From contig CBDBBI010000010.1 in NCBI GenBank assembly GCA_965202625.1, positions 64,001 to 128,000 of the forward strand: a stretch of DNA of 64,000 nucleotides. Direction: 5' to 3'. Under the pieces are notes generated by a model. The model saw nothing but the letters and a program-made list of their open reading frames with translations, was not told where the DNA came from and ran no database searches. Position 1 is the stretch's first letter. The number at the start of each line of letters is the position of its first letter. Below, piece after piece: positions 41,983 to 51,235 of this stretch. Source of the DNA: a bacterium (lineage in GTDB: Bacteria; UBA8248). The position numbers and the translations under genes were made by a program.

Positions 41983-42034
41983 GTTCTGTGGGCAGGTGAG
42001 CGACGGGCGTGCCCAAGGTTTTCGGGAAATGCCC

Positions 42035-42847
42035 TTAAAATCCATAGTAGCGTGGGTAGCCTTGTTTTTCCCAGAATCCGCCCATGTCTTCGTTGGTGAA
42101 GAAGATGTAGCGGAGGAATTTCGCGCTTTTCCAGCCGACGTTCGTCGGCGAGGCGAGGCGGATGGGCGCGCCGTGGTTCATGCTCAGCGGCTCGCCGTTG
42201 TATTCGTAGGCCAGAACGTTTTGCGGGTGCATTGCCTGCTTGAGGTCGAACGTCACGCTGTAGCGCTCGTGTCCGTTCGCGGTAGCGAGCAGGTCGTCGC
42301 ACAAAAAGAATACGTAGCGGCTCTCGGGGCGGATTTTGTGCCTTTTGATGAAGGAGGCGAGATGCACCCCCCGCCAGTGGCAGATGGCGCTCCATCCCTC
42401 CACGCAGACGTGCTCCACCGTCTGCTCGAGGATGGGCATCTCCCGCAGCTGCGCCATCGTGTATTCCGTCGTCCAAAGCCTCTTCATCATCTTTTTGTTT
42501 TGCAGACGCGCCTCCCCCACGGTGAGGCGCCATTCCTCCGGAGGCGTCTGGATGAGCTGGGAGTTGGATGAGACCACAGAGCCGTTGGGGCGCATTTGCT
42601 CGGGCTGAACGGCGCTCCTCGGGTAGGTGCGCGCCAGACGGTGGTTGCTGTCCGCCATAAGACCCACCTTGTGGTTCAGGCGGTCGAACCAGTCGAGAAC
42701 CGCCTGCGCCCTAGGGTCTTCGTCCAAGCGGGAGCACCCGAGGGGGAAGAAGGAGGCGGCGGCGAGGAGGGTTTTGAGAAATCCGCGTCGAGAAGCCCCC
42801 GGCGCATTCTGGCCGAAGCGCGTTTTTTGCTTTTCGCTTTTTTTCAT
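42035..42847 (-). CDS. Tat-exported molybdopterin oxidoreductase, sulfite oxidase/MsrP(YedY)-like
   Basis: SRRGFLK Tat motif plus PLGC lipobox; HVCVEGWS (Mo-ligating Cys), HGAPIRL, GWKSAK, GGFWE..GY. Confidence 0.9.
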   Translation of the reverse strand: MKKSEKQKTRFGQNAPGASRRGFLKTLLAAASFFPLGCSRLDEDPRAQAVLDWFDRLNHKVGLMADSNHRLARTYPRSAVQPEQMRPNGSVVSSNSQLIQTPPEEWRLTVGEARLQNKKMMKRLWTTEYTMAQLREMPILEQTVEHVCVEGWSAICHWRGVHLASFIKRHKIRPESRYVFFLCDDLLATANGHERYSVTFDLKQAMHPQNVLAYEYNGEPLSMNHGAPIRLASPTNVGWKSAKFLRYIFFTNEDMGGFWEKQGYPRYYGF

Positions 42848-43143
42848 CTTCTCTCTCTCTCTCCTGCAGGGGTCGCGTCGCGTGGTCGCAATATCCTGAC
42901 GACGATAGGCGCCATTATCGGAATCGCCAGAAAGAGAGAGGCGGGAAACAGTATGCCGACCCAGCCCAGAAACCCGAACTCGAACCGCGTCACTCCGGCC
43001 ATCGCCCCGCTCAGGAAATACGCGGCGGCCAGTGCCAGAAGCGCGTTCGCGCAGACGACGCTCAAAATCAGCCTGCCCACGAAAAGCCTGCGCCTCGCCA
43101 GTCTCGTCGGAAGCGTAAAGCCCCCTCGCTCCTCCGCATCCAT
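42844..43143 (-). CDS. small two-TM membrane protein
   Basis: Two hydrophobic helices; its stop overlaps the next ATG (ATGA). Confidence 0.7.
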   Translation of the reverse strand: MDAEERGGFTLPTRLARRRLFVGRLILSVVCANALLALAAAYFLSGAMAGVTRFEFGFLGWVGILFPASLFLAIPIMAPIVVRILRPRDATPAGERERR

Positions 43144-43147
43144 CGTC

Positions 43148-44137
43148 TCATCCCCGGACGCTTCGTTTCCATGAAAAACGCCCGACGCGCCCTCCCCGTA
43201 TAAGGCCCCATCGAATGAAGGCGTAGGCCAGCGCGCCGAACCACGCCCCCGAGGACTCCCCGCCGAGGAGCGCGTTCATCATATTCGCGATGAGACCCCC
43301 AAACCAAAAGGAGAACGCCAGAATCGCCCCCTCGGCGGCGACGCGGCCGAGACGCACCGCGAATTGTCTTTGTCTCGCTTGGAATACCTCGCGCTCCGCC
43401 TTTACGCCCACGATCATGGGCGCCAGCCCGCGACGCCAGCCGTGGATGAGCACCATGATCAAATGGCCGATAATGAAAAGGATGAAAAACGCCATGATGA
43501 GAAAGTGCAGAAATCGGCTCGGCTGATAACCTCCGAAAAGATAGGTCAGCCACTTGAACTGGACGGGCTTGAGAATGGCGAGGCCCGTGAGGAGGGAGAG
43601 AACGCCGGCCAGAATAACGGCGTTGTAGGCGAACTTCTGAAGGGGGTTGAATTTTCCCTCTACGGGGGAATGAGGGAAGGTTCGCACAGGATGGAGAAGT
43701 ATCTCCTTCGCGCCGGAGAAATCCGCCCGTGTGATTCGGTAGTGCCTTCCCTCCTCGGTGAGGAGGAGAGAGAGCAGAAAGATCAGGCCGTTGATGGTGT
43801 AGGGCCACATGAGAGCGAAATGCCAGCGCAGCGCACCCGCAAGCCATCCCCCGATGCCGAAGGCGTCCACCAGGCTTTTGACGAACTTTCTGTAGTCGGC
43901 TCCGAAATTGATGGCGCGCGCGTCGGCTTGAGCTTCCCCTGCTCTGAGCGATTCGAAGATGGTCTCCGGATTGGGTCGATCCGGCCCGAAGGCGGGGTAG
44001 GCCCACCATATCTGAATGCCGCTCGCCATCATCAAGAGCAGAAGGGGAACGTTCAACCAGTGGGTGATACGCAGCAGGGATGAGTAAGGGTAGGCGGGAG
44101 CGTCTGCAGATTGCGTCGTTTTTTCCATCTTGTTCAT
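43148..44137 (-). CDS. cytochrome b (Ni-hydrogenase b-type/YdhU-like) with a C-terminal TM extension
   Basis: RITHWLN, RWHF, KFNPLQKFAY, RFLHF...GHLIM heme histidines. Confidence 0.88.
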   Translation of the reverse strand: MNKMEKTTQSADAPAYPYSSLLRITHWLNVPLLLLMMASGIQIWWAYPAFGPDRPNPETIFESLRAGEAQADARAINFGADYRKFVKSLVDAFGIGGWLAGALRWHFALMWPYTINGLIFLLSLLLTEEGRHYRITRADFSGAKEILLHPVRTFPHSPVEGKFNPLQKFAYNAVILAGVLSLLTGLAILKPVQFKWLTYLFGGYQPSRFLHFLIMAFFILFIIGHLIMVLIHGWRRGLAPMIVGVKAEREVFQARQRQFAVRLGRVAAEGAILAFSFWFGGLIANMMNALLGGESSGAWFGALAYAFIRWGLIRGGRVGRFSWKRSVRG

Positions 44138-44655
44138 TCGGCGAGTAGCTGCGCGATCATCGCTTCGGTGCGCGCGTGGTTGCCCTCGCCAATCGTCCTG
44201 AACCGCACTATCCCCTTCTTGTCGATGAGATACTTTGTCGGCCAGTAGCGGTTGTGATAGGCGTTCCAGTTGATGAAGTCGTTGTCCATCACGACCGAGT
44301 ATGCGATGCGGAGCTTGGCCATGGCCTCCTCAACGTTCTCCTTGCTCTTCTCGAAGCCGAACTCGGGCGCGTGGTTTCCGATGACGACCAGTCCCTGGTC
44401 CTTGTAGCGCTCGTGCCACGAACGCAGCGTGGGGATCTCCCGCACGCAGTTGATTCAGCCGAAAGTCCACATGTCGAGGAGCACCACCTTGCCGCGCAAC
44501 CCGGCGAGTTTGAGAGGTGCACCGCCCAGCCACGGTCCGCCTCTCAGCTCGGGCGCTCGCGCGCCGGGCGCAAGTCCTGCTGCACCCGCCTGGTAGAACG
44601 TCCAGAACATGGCGAGAGATACGATGGCGATGACGAAAGGGAGGGTTCGCTTCAT
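44134..44655 (-). CDS. exported TlpA/DipZ-like redoxin, predicted selenoprotein (Sec67, UxxC)
   Basis: ORFs 44455..44655 and 44134..44445 are in frame, joined by TGA at 44455-44457: GKVVLLDMWTFG-U-INCVREIP...HAPEF...YWPTKYLID. SECIS-like hairpin follows. Confidence 0.9.
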
Positions 44656-44812
44656 TATGGCCTCCAGGCAACAAAAGAGCTACACATATGCTAATCCTAA
44701 ACGAACGATTGAGCGGATGCAAATACTTCTATACGATGGTTTCATATGTAGCAGGATCGCACGGTTTCAGTGATCTGAAAATTAAAATTTCTGTAAAATT
44801 TCGTTCATTGAG

Positions 44813-45169
44813 ATGGAGGGGAATGTGAAACATTACCACTTTGAAGAGATGGCGCCCCACGATACCGGAGAGAGGATTCAGCGCGTGGTGGCGGGGGCGA
44901 ATCTGACCGTGTTGCGCCAGACGATTCGCGCGGGCGTGGACATCTACAATCCCCATTCGCATCCGAACGAGCAGATGACGATCGTTCTCGATGGAAAGGC
45001 GAGGTTCGCGTGCGGTGGTCGGGAGGTCGTGCTCGGGCCGGGCGGCGTGGTGGTCTTTCCGCCGAATGCGGAGCATTCCACCCGAAACGCGGGTGATGGG
45101 GATCTCGTCCTGGAGGAGATTTTTACGCCGGGCGTCAAGAGGCTGAATCGTCTCGCATCAAAGGGATAA
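44813..45169 (+). CDS. cupin_2 domain protein
   Basis: PHSHPNEQ...PPNAEH. Confidence 0.88.
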   Translation: MEGNVKHYHFEEMAPHDTGERIQRVVAGANLTVLRQTIRAGVDIYNPHSHPNEQMTIVLDGKARFACGGREVVLGPGGVVVFPPNAEHSTRNAGDGDLVLEEIFTPGVKRLNRLASKG

Positions 45170-45273
45170 GGGGGAGCGACCGGGTCCCTCGGAGAAGGGC
45201 GTGCGTTGTCCGGCCCTGGCGCGTCATCCCCGCTGTTTCGCCACGCTGAAACGCCAGGGGATTGGAGAGCGGC

Positions 45274-46059
45274 ATGAGCCGTCTGACGATTACAGGACTC
45301 AGAAAGGATTTTGACGACGTCAGGGCGGTCGATAACCTCTCCCTCACTTTGGAGGATGGGGAATTCATGGTGCTCGTCGGGCCTACCGGCTGCGGAAAAT
45401 CCACCCTCCTTCGCCTGATCGCCGGATTGGAGGATGAGGATGGGGGCCACATCTACCTTGGTGGCGCCCGTTTGAACGGCGTGCCCCCTGGCCGACGCGG
45501 GGTGCAACTGGTGTTCCAGAACTACGCCCTTTGGCCGCACATGCGGGTTTTTGACGAGAAGAGATACTCCAACCTGGGCTTCGCCCTCAAAATTCGCCGT
45601 TGGCTGCCGGGGATCCTGAACGAGCGCGCCCAAGACTTGATGCGGCGTCTGGGAATCACTAAAACCTGGTCCGGCAGGCATCCGCATCGGCTCAGTTCGG
45701 GCCAGCAGCAAAAAGTGGCGATTGGCCGCGCGATCGCCATCCCCCCGCGTGTCTTTCTCCTTGATGAACCTTTGGCGAACATCGATCCCGTCGCAAGACT
45801 CGAAGTCCGAAAAGAACTAAGGAGGACGCACGAGGAGATCGGTGCCATGAGCCTGTTGGTGACGCACGATTTGTCCGATGCATTTCAGATCGCCGACAGA
45901 ATCGCCGTGATGCGCGACGGGACGATCCTCCAGGTCGATACGCCGGAGAATCTCATCCGCCATCCGGTGGACGGGTTCGTCAAGGGGTTTCTCGCCAGTG
46001 TGCATCATGAAAGGCTGCTGCAAGAGTTTCGGACGAGACGCAGGGCAAGGGGGGCGTAA
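45274..46059 (+). CDS. ABC transporter ATP-binding protein (MalK/PotA-like, orphan)
   Basis: GPTGCGKST, FQNYALWPHM, LSSGQQQK, LLDEP, VTHD. Confidence 0.88.
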   Translation: MSRLTITGLRKDFDDVRAVDNLSLTLEDGEFMVLVGPTGCGKSTLLRLIAGLEDEDGGHIYLGGARLNGVPPGRRGVQLVFQNYALWPHMRVFDEKRYSNLGFALKIRRWLPGILNERAQDLMRRLGITKTWSGRHPHRLSSGQQQKVAIGRAIAIPPRVFLLDEPLANIDPVARLEVRKELRRTHEEIGAMSLLVTHDLSDAFQIADRIAVMRDGTILQVDTPENLIRHPVDGFVKGFLASVHHERLLQEFRTRRRARGA

Positions 46060-46155
46060 TTCGGTTTCGATGACGCGTTGTGCCCAAGGCGGAGTCTGTA
46101 CCCCGCATGGCCTCTACGCTGCGGCCGGGCATGAGAACTCTGGGCGTCCGCCGAT

Positions 46156-46989
46156 TCATTCCGCCTCGGGGTTTTTTAGGAAATCCCGCCATGCCCTCCA
46201 GTAAGGAGCGCCTCCTTCGAGGTAGGTATCGTTGTGGCCCGCCCCCTTAATGGTGAAAAAACGTTTGTGGCGCGCGCGCGCCGCCTCATAGAGCCGCATC
46301 CCCTGGGCGTGAGGAACGATGTAGTCCCTGTCGCCGTGCAGAATCAGCACGGGCACCTCCACTTTTGGAATCATGGAGGAGGCGTCGAACTTTGGGGAGA
46401 ATAGCCACCCGACAGGCAGGAAAGGAAACATCTTCTTGCCCATGACGACGGTGTTCTCAAACGGACTCTCCAGAATGAGGCCCCGCGTCCTCCTGCCCTC
46501 CGCGGCGAGCTTCACGGCCACCGCCGCCCCGATAGAGCGTCCGAAAAGAAAAACGTGCTCGGGCGCAGCGCGCTCCGAGAGCCAGTCGTAGGCGGCCCTC
46601 CCGTCGGCGTAGAGACCTTCCTCACTCGGTCGTCCCTCGCTTTTTCCAAAGCCCCTGTAGTCGAAGATGAACACGCCGGCGCCGAGTTCCTCCTGAATGC
46701 GCGCAATGTTCTCTGCGCGGTGGGAGAGGTTGCCGGCGTTGCCGTGCGCCCATAGGAGGACAGGGCCGTCGGCCTCTTTGGGCGGGACGCGCCAGCCGTG
46801 AAGCCGCACGCCGTCGCTGGCCCTGAAATGAACGTCTTCGTAATCGACGCCATAGGTTTTAGGCGTCTGTTCGATTTTCCGGTACGGATGATAGAGGAGA
46901 ATACGTTCGAGAGAACCGAGAATTCCCATCCCTATCAGCGCGGCGAGAGCGAGGAGCGCATAGCGATGTAATTTCTGAGAGCGTCGCAA
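46156..46989 (-). CDS. alpha/beta hydrolase (BEM46/ABHD13-like)
   Basis: HGNAGN, DYRGFGKSEG, GRSIG, HGDRD, GAGHND. Confidence 0.9.
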   Translation of the reverse strand: MRRSQKLHRYALLALAALIGMGILGSLERILLYHPYRKIEQTPKTYGVDYEDVHFRASDGVRLHGWRVPPKEADGPVLLWAHGNAGNLSHRAENIARIQEELGAGVFIFDYRGFGKSEGRPSEEGLYADGRAAYDWLSERAAPEHVFLFGRSIGAAVAVKLAAEGRRTRGLILESPFENTVVMGKKMFPFLPVGWLFSPKFDASSMIPKVEVPVLILHGDRDYIVPHAQGMRLYEAARARHKRFFTIKGAGHNDTYLEGGAPYWRAWRDFLKNPEAE

Positions 46990-46999
46990 CGGCTCGTTC

Positions 47000-47416
47000 T
47001 CATCGGGTCGCGCCCATCAAAGCGCGATGAGCGACCTTTATGCAAAGGTCCTGAATCGTGGGGATGCCCGCATCCTCCAGTCGGCGGGCGGACTCAGAAT
47101 GTGCGATGCCCTCTTGCATCCAGAACGCGCTTGGGCGTTTTTTGAGAGCCGCATCCGCCAGAGGGGGTATTTTTTCGGGACGTCTGAATACGTTGACGAT
47201 GTCGATGTGCTCTTCGACGTCGTCTAGGTGCGGATAGGCCCTTTCCCCCAAGGCGGATATAATCTGGGGGTTCACCGGAATGATGCGGTAGCCCGCCTTC
47301 TGGAGGTAGGCCGCGATTTTTCGACTCACTCGCGTGGGGTCGTCCGAGAGGCCGACTACGGCGATGGTTTTCGCCGCCGAAAGAATGTTTGCGACCGCTT
47401 GATTCTCAAGGCGCAC
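47000..47416 (-). CDS. CoA-binding protein (YccU-like)
   Basis: IAVVGLS, IPVNP, DIVNVFR, WMQEG; start uncertain. Confidence 0.88.
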   Translation of the reverse strand: MRLENQAVANILSAAKTIAVVGLSDDPTRVSRKIAAYLQKAGYRIIPVNPQIISALGERAYPHLDDVEEHIDIVNVFRRPEKIPPLADAALKKRPSAFWMQEGIAHSESARRLEDAGIPTIQDLCIKVAHRALMGATR

Positions 47417-47659
47417 TCGGGAGTTTCTCCTCCATTCATTTTCCACGATGATACTATACCTTTTGTCAGGAGATTGCGCGCGTGGAGGCGACGATAAGAC
47501 GCCGGCGCGCAAGGGGGTGCTTCCTTCAAATCCGCCGCTGACGCGCTTTCCCGTTGTGCATGGCCTGCATGATAGACGGGGACTGGAGAGAAAATCTCAG
47601 GTTTGTTATTCTTATTTCCTAATGCGTCTTTTCTGTTGTTTTCCAAAGAGGGAAGCGTG

Positions 47660-48349
47660 ATGGCGAACGCGCCGGTTGTCGAGGTTTTTCATGAATACCA
47701 TTGACCCTGGGCCTACATGGCCGCGTCGCGGCTGGACAGGGTGATGCCGCAGTTCGAGGGGAAGTTGTGCCTGAGGTGGCGCGCGTTTCCATTGGAGATC
47801 ATCAACGACCGCGCGGCGCCTCGGCATATTGTGGATCAGGAGTGGCCTCTGGTGGCGGTTCAGGAGCCGCTCGCTCCATGCAGAGGCTGGCCGCCGCACG
47901 AGGCGTATCTGCGCACTACGATGCTCGCCTTTCAAGCCTATGCCAGTGCTTACGCCCGCGTGCCCGAGAAGTCGCGCGCCTACGACTTGAGGCTCAGACG
48001 CGGCTTTTTCTACGAGGGCAGGCGGGTGGATGAGATTTCCGTTCTCGCACAAATCGCCGAGGAATCGGGACTCGACGCCTCAAAGGTGCGCGCGGACCTC
48101 GAATCTGGTGCGTATGAGGAAGCCGTGATGGGCGACTACGAGGAGGCCATGCGCCTGCGGGATGAGGAGGACCTGCCGATGACCAGCCCCACCCTGATCC
48201 TCCCGAGTGGAGAGGCCGTTTACAATCCCTACGCTTCCGAGAAGACTATAGAGGACGGAAAACTGATGGAAGTCCACGCCCCGTCCGCTTGCGGGGAGGC
48301 GGTTTATGCGGGATTTCGGGATATCTTGTCGAGGGCGCTTGAGGGTTGA
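47660..48349 (+). CDS. DsbA/FrnE family protein, predicted selenoprotein (Sec15, UPWA)
   Basis: ATG 47660 reads MANAPVVEVFHEYH-TGA(47702-47704)-PWAYMAASRL...WRAFPL...TSPT, in frame with ORF 47717; SECIS-like hairpin follows. Confidence 0.85.
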
Positions 48350-48610
48350 AAGGGAGGGGATGATGTGAGAACGAAAGGCGATGCGGCGCGGGAGCGCGCG
48401 AGGGACGTTAACGTTTCTGTGCAAACGGACGCACGTCAGAAACCGTAAAGCATAAGTTTGGCGCGTATCACGTAATTCGCTTCAGGTCGTTTGCGTTCAG
48501 GAACGCTTCGACGAGCGAGAATGCAGCGGCGTCTGTGGGAAACGCTCCGCGCTTAAATATCCGTGTCCTCCTAGGCGGAGGTTTCGTCGCCCCGGTGCTC
48601 TCTTGTTGCC

Positions 48611-49012
48611 TCAGTTGAGAGGATACATCCGTGTGACGCTCAGCCTAGCGAGGAGCCGTCCTTCATCCTGCATGGCGCGCAAGTATTCGACACGGTCGTC
48701 GGGTTCTTTTCCGGTGATGCGCTGATACAGGTCGAGGTTCTTGAGGCCGTCGGTGTCTTCAACGAGCGCGACTTCACCTTCCGCACACAGATAGGGATAG
48801 AAGCTCTCCTGCGGTAACACGCAAAGCGTGGCTCTTGTATCTCGTTGGAGATTCTTCGTTTTCACGCGATTCCATGTCAGCGAGAATTCCACGACCCCCG
48901 CCCGGTGATCGAACACGATCGGCGTGGGGTGGGGTCTGCTGTCCCTGAGTAGGGTGGTGAGGACGCCGTGGTGCTGCGCGTCCAGAAAGGACAAAGCTTC
49001 GTCGCGCGTCAT
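48611..49012 (-). CDS. PPOX-class (pyridoxamine 5'-phosphate oxidase-like, probable F420-binding) protein
   Basis: GVLTTLLRDSRPH, RVKTKNLQRD. Confidence 0.85.
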   Translation of the reverse strand: MTRDEALSFLDAQHHGVLTTLLRDSRPHPTPIVFDHRAGVVEFSLTWNRVKTKNLQRDTRATLCVLPQESFYPYLCAEGEVALVEDTDGLKNLDLYQRITGKEPDDRVEYLRAMQDEGRLLARLSVTRMYPLN

Positions 49013-49179
49013 GGGGCTTCTCCTTCATGTGTTGTGAATGGCGCATTCGGATCCATAGCGTCATGCATCACGTCCTCGGGCGCGGCGGAGACGCCCGCTT
49101 TTGCTGACGCGTCAGAATACCCTATTATGGGTTTTGAGGGAGAGCGGATCATCGAACCAGTGGAGACGGGAGTTCGAAC

Positions 49180-49869
49180 GTGGATGGGAGAAGGGTTGCG
49201 GTCGTCCTTCTGAGCGGCGGCATGGATTCCGCCGTTGTTCTGGCGATGGCGAATCGGAAGGGATTCGCCTGCCAGGCGCTGAGCTTCGACTACGGACAAA
49301 GACATCGGCGCGAGCTCCTGGCGGCGAAGAACGTTGCAAAACAGGTCGGCGCGTTCGGGCACACCATATTGCCCATCGACATGCGCGCCATCGGTGGAAG
49401 CGCGCTCACCGACGACATCGAGGTGCCTAGAGAACGCGAGGACATCGGGGATGGGGTGCCTGTCACGTATGTCCCCGCGCGGAACACCATTTTTCTGAGC
49501 TACGCCCTTGCCCTCGCCGAGGTGAAGGGGGCGCGCGATATTTTTATCGGGGTGAACGCGCTCGATTATTCCGGATATCCGGATTGTCGCCCCGAATATA
49601 TTGAAGCCTACATGCGCATGGCGCGTCTGGCCACGAAGGCGGGCGTCGAAGGCGCGCCTCTCCAGGTGCGGGCGCCTTTGAGCGCGATGCGCAAATCCGA
49701 CATCGTGAGGAGGGGACGTGAGCTGGGGGTGGATTTTTCGCTCACCCATACCTGTTATGACCCAATGGATGCGGGGCGGCCTTGCGGCGCATGCGACGCC
49801 TGCATTCTGCGGCGCAGGGGGTTCGAGGAAGTCGGCGAGTGCGATCCGCTTCCCTATCCTGACGTCTGA
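49180..49869 (+). CDS. queC: 7-cyano-7-deazaguanine synthase
   Basis: SGGMDS, YGQRH, TYVPARN, YPDCR, CGACDAC. Confidence 0.97.
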   Translation: MDGRRVAVVLLSGGMDSAVVLAMANRKGFACQALSFDYGQRHRRELLAAKNVAKQVGAFGHTILPIDMRAIGGSALTDDIEVPREREDIGDGVPVTYVPARNTIFLSYALALAEVKGARDIFIGVNALDYSGYPDCRPEYIEAYMRMARLATKAGVEGAPLQVRAPLSAMRKSDIVRRGRELGVDFSLTHTCYDPMDAGRPCGACDACILRRRGFEEVGECDPLPYPDV

Positions 49870-49994
49870 CGCGCGCGAAGCGGATCTTGGGAATGGCGGG
49901 GAACGGATGTTGACACTATAAGGGTGAGAGGATACCCAGAAAAGACCCTATCGGCAGTGGCGAAGAATTGGTCGCCCCATAATTTGGAGGAGAC

Positions 49995-51179
49995 ATGCAA
50001 TACCCATTCACCGAGGAACAACTCGCGCTGGCTGATCTGACGCGGGATTTCATGGATAGTGAGGTCGCGCCCCTCGCCGTGGAGATAGACAGACGGCCCG
50101 ATCCGAAGGATTGCTATCCGGGCGAGCTGCTCAACAAGGCGTCGAAACTCGGTCTGCGCACCATGGCGGTTCCGGAGGAGCACGGCGGCATCGGAGCCGA
50201 TACGATCACGAAAGCCCTTTGCCTCTGGACAGGAGCGCAGATTGAAATCGGCGTGATCAAGTGCCTGAGCCAGTGTTGGAAGATGTCGAACGCGCTCTTC
50301 AAATGTGGCACGGCGGCGCAGATCGAAAAATGGGGAAAGATGTTCGTGGAGGATCATGATTGCGTGGGCTCGTTCGTGATGACGGAGCCGGATTATGGTG
50401 CAGACAATCTCTACCGCCAGCCCGACCCTAGGCTGGGGCTTAAAACCTCGGCGGTCGAAGATGGCGACCACTACGTCATCAACGGGGCGAAGCGCTTCAC
50501 CTCGCTCACGGGCTGGGCGCAGATTTTGCTCGTCTTCGCCCGGACGGACCCCGATGCCCCGGTACATGAAGGAACCACCTGCTTTCTCGTGCGCGGAGAT
50601 CAGGAGGGCGTGACCTACGGCAACGTCCATGACAAGCTCGGCTACCGGCTCTATCCTAACGCCGAGAGCTATTACGACAACGTTCGCGTTCATAAAGACG
50701 ACATCTTGGGCGAGGTGAACAGGGGATTTTATACGTTCGCGACGGTGTTTCGGGGCAGTGCCGAGCTGCCGGCCTGCAACACGGGCATCGCCCGCGGAAT
50801 CTACAATTTCTGCCTCCAGCACGCGAAGGAGCGCGTCCAGGGGGGCAAGCCCATCATCGAGCACCAGGTGATACAGCATCAGCTCGCTGAGATGCTGATG
50901 AACATTGAGGTGGCCGAGCAGTTCATGTGGCGCATCTGCTGGGGCGTGGAGAACGATAAGAGCTTCAACACGCGTTTCACCAGATATGGGAAGGTGTTCA
51001 GCGATCAGGTGGCGCTCAAGACGATTGGCTTTGCCACTGATATTCTCGGCGGCATCGGCATCATGAAGGAGACGCCTACGGAGAAGATGATGCGCGACCT
51101 CATCACCTTCCTGCACGGAGACGGAACGGACTCAATGACCCTTCTACGCGCCGCCCAGACGCTCGACAAACCCGCCTAG
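49995..51179 (+). CDS. acyl-CoA dehydrogenase family protein
   Basis: PEEHGG, MTEPDYG, NGAKRF, RVQGGKPI.EHQ, GGIG. Confidence 0.9.
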   Translation: MQYPFTEEQLALADLTRDFMDSEVAPLAVEIDRRPDPKDCYPGELLNKASKLGLRTMAVPEEHGGIGADTITKALCLWTGAQIEIGVIKCLSQCWKMSNALFKCGTAAQIEKWGKMFVEDHDCVGSFVMTEPDYGADNLYRQPDPRLGLKTSAVEDGDHYVINGAKRFTSLTGWAQILLVFARTDPDAPVHEGTTCFLVRGDQEGVTYGNVHDKLGYRLYPNAESYYDNVRVHKDDILGEVNRGFYTFATVFRGSAELPACNTGIARGIYNFCLQHAKERVQGGKPIIEHQVIQHQLAEMLMNIEVAEQFMWRICWGVENDKSFNTRFTRYGKVFSDQVALKTIGFATDILGGIGIMKETPTEKMMRDLITFLHGDGTDSMTLLRAAQTLDKPA

Positions 51180-51235
51180 GAGGGTTGGTTGACGAGTGGG
51201 GCACGCCGCCGCCCGCCCGTTCGGGAGGAAAGACG

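Noticed and set aside
41822-42571. Plus-strand ORF MAPAVGFEPTT and other long antisense ORFs (e.g. 31463..32785, 49854..51116)
   Set aside because: These are translations of tRNA reverse complements or shadows of GC-rich genes.
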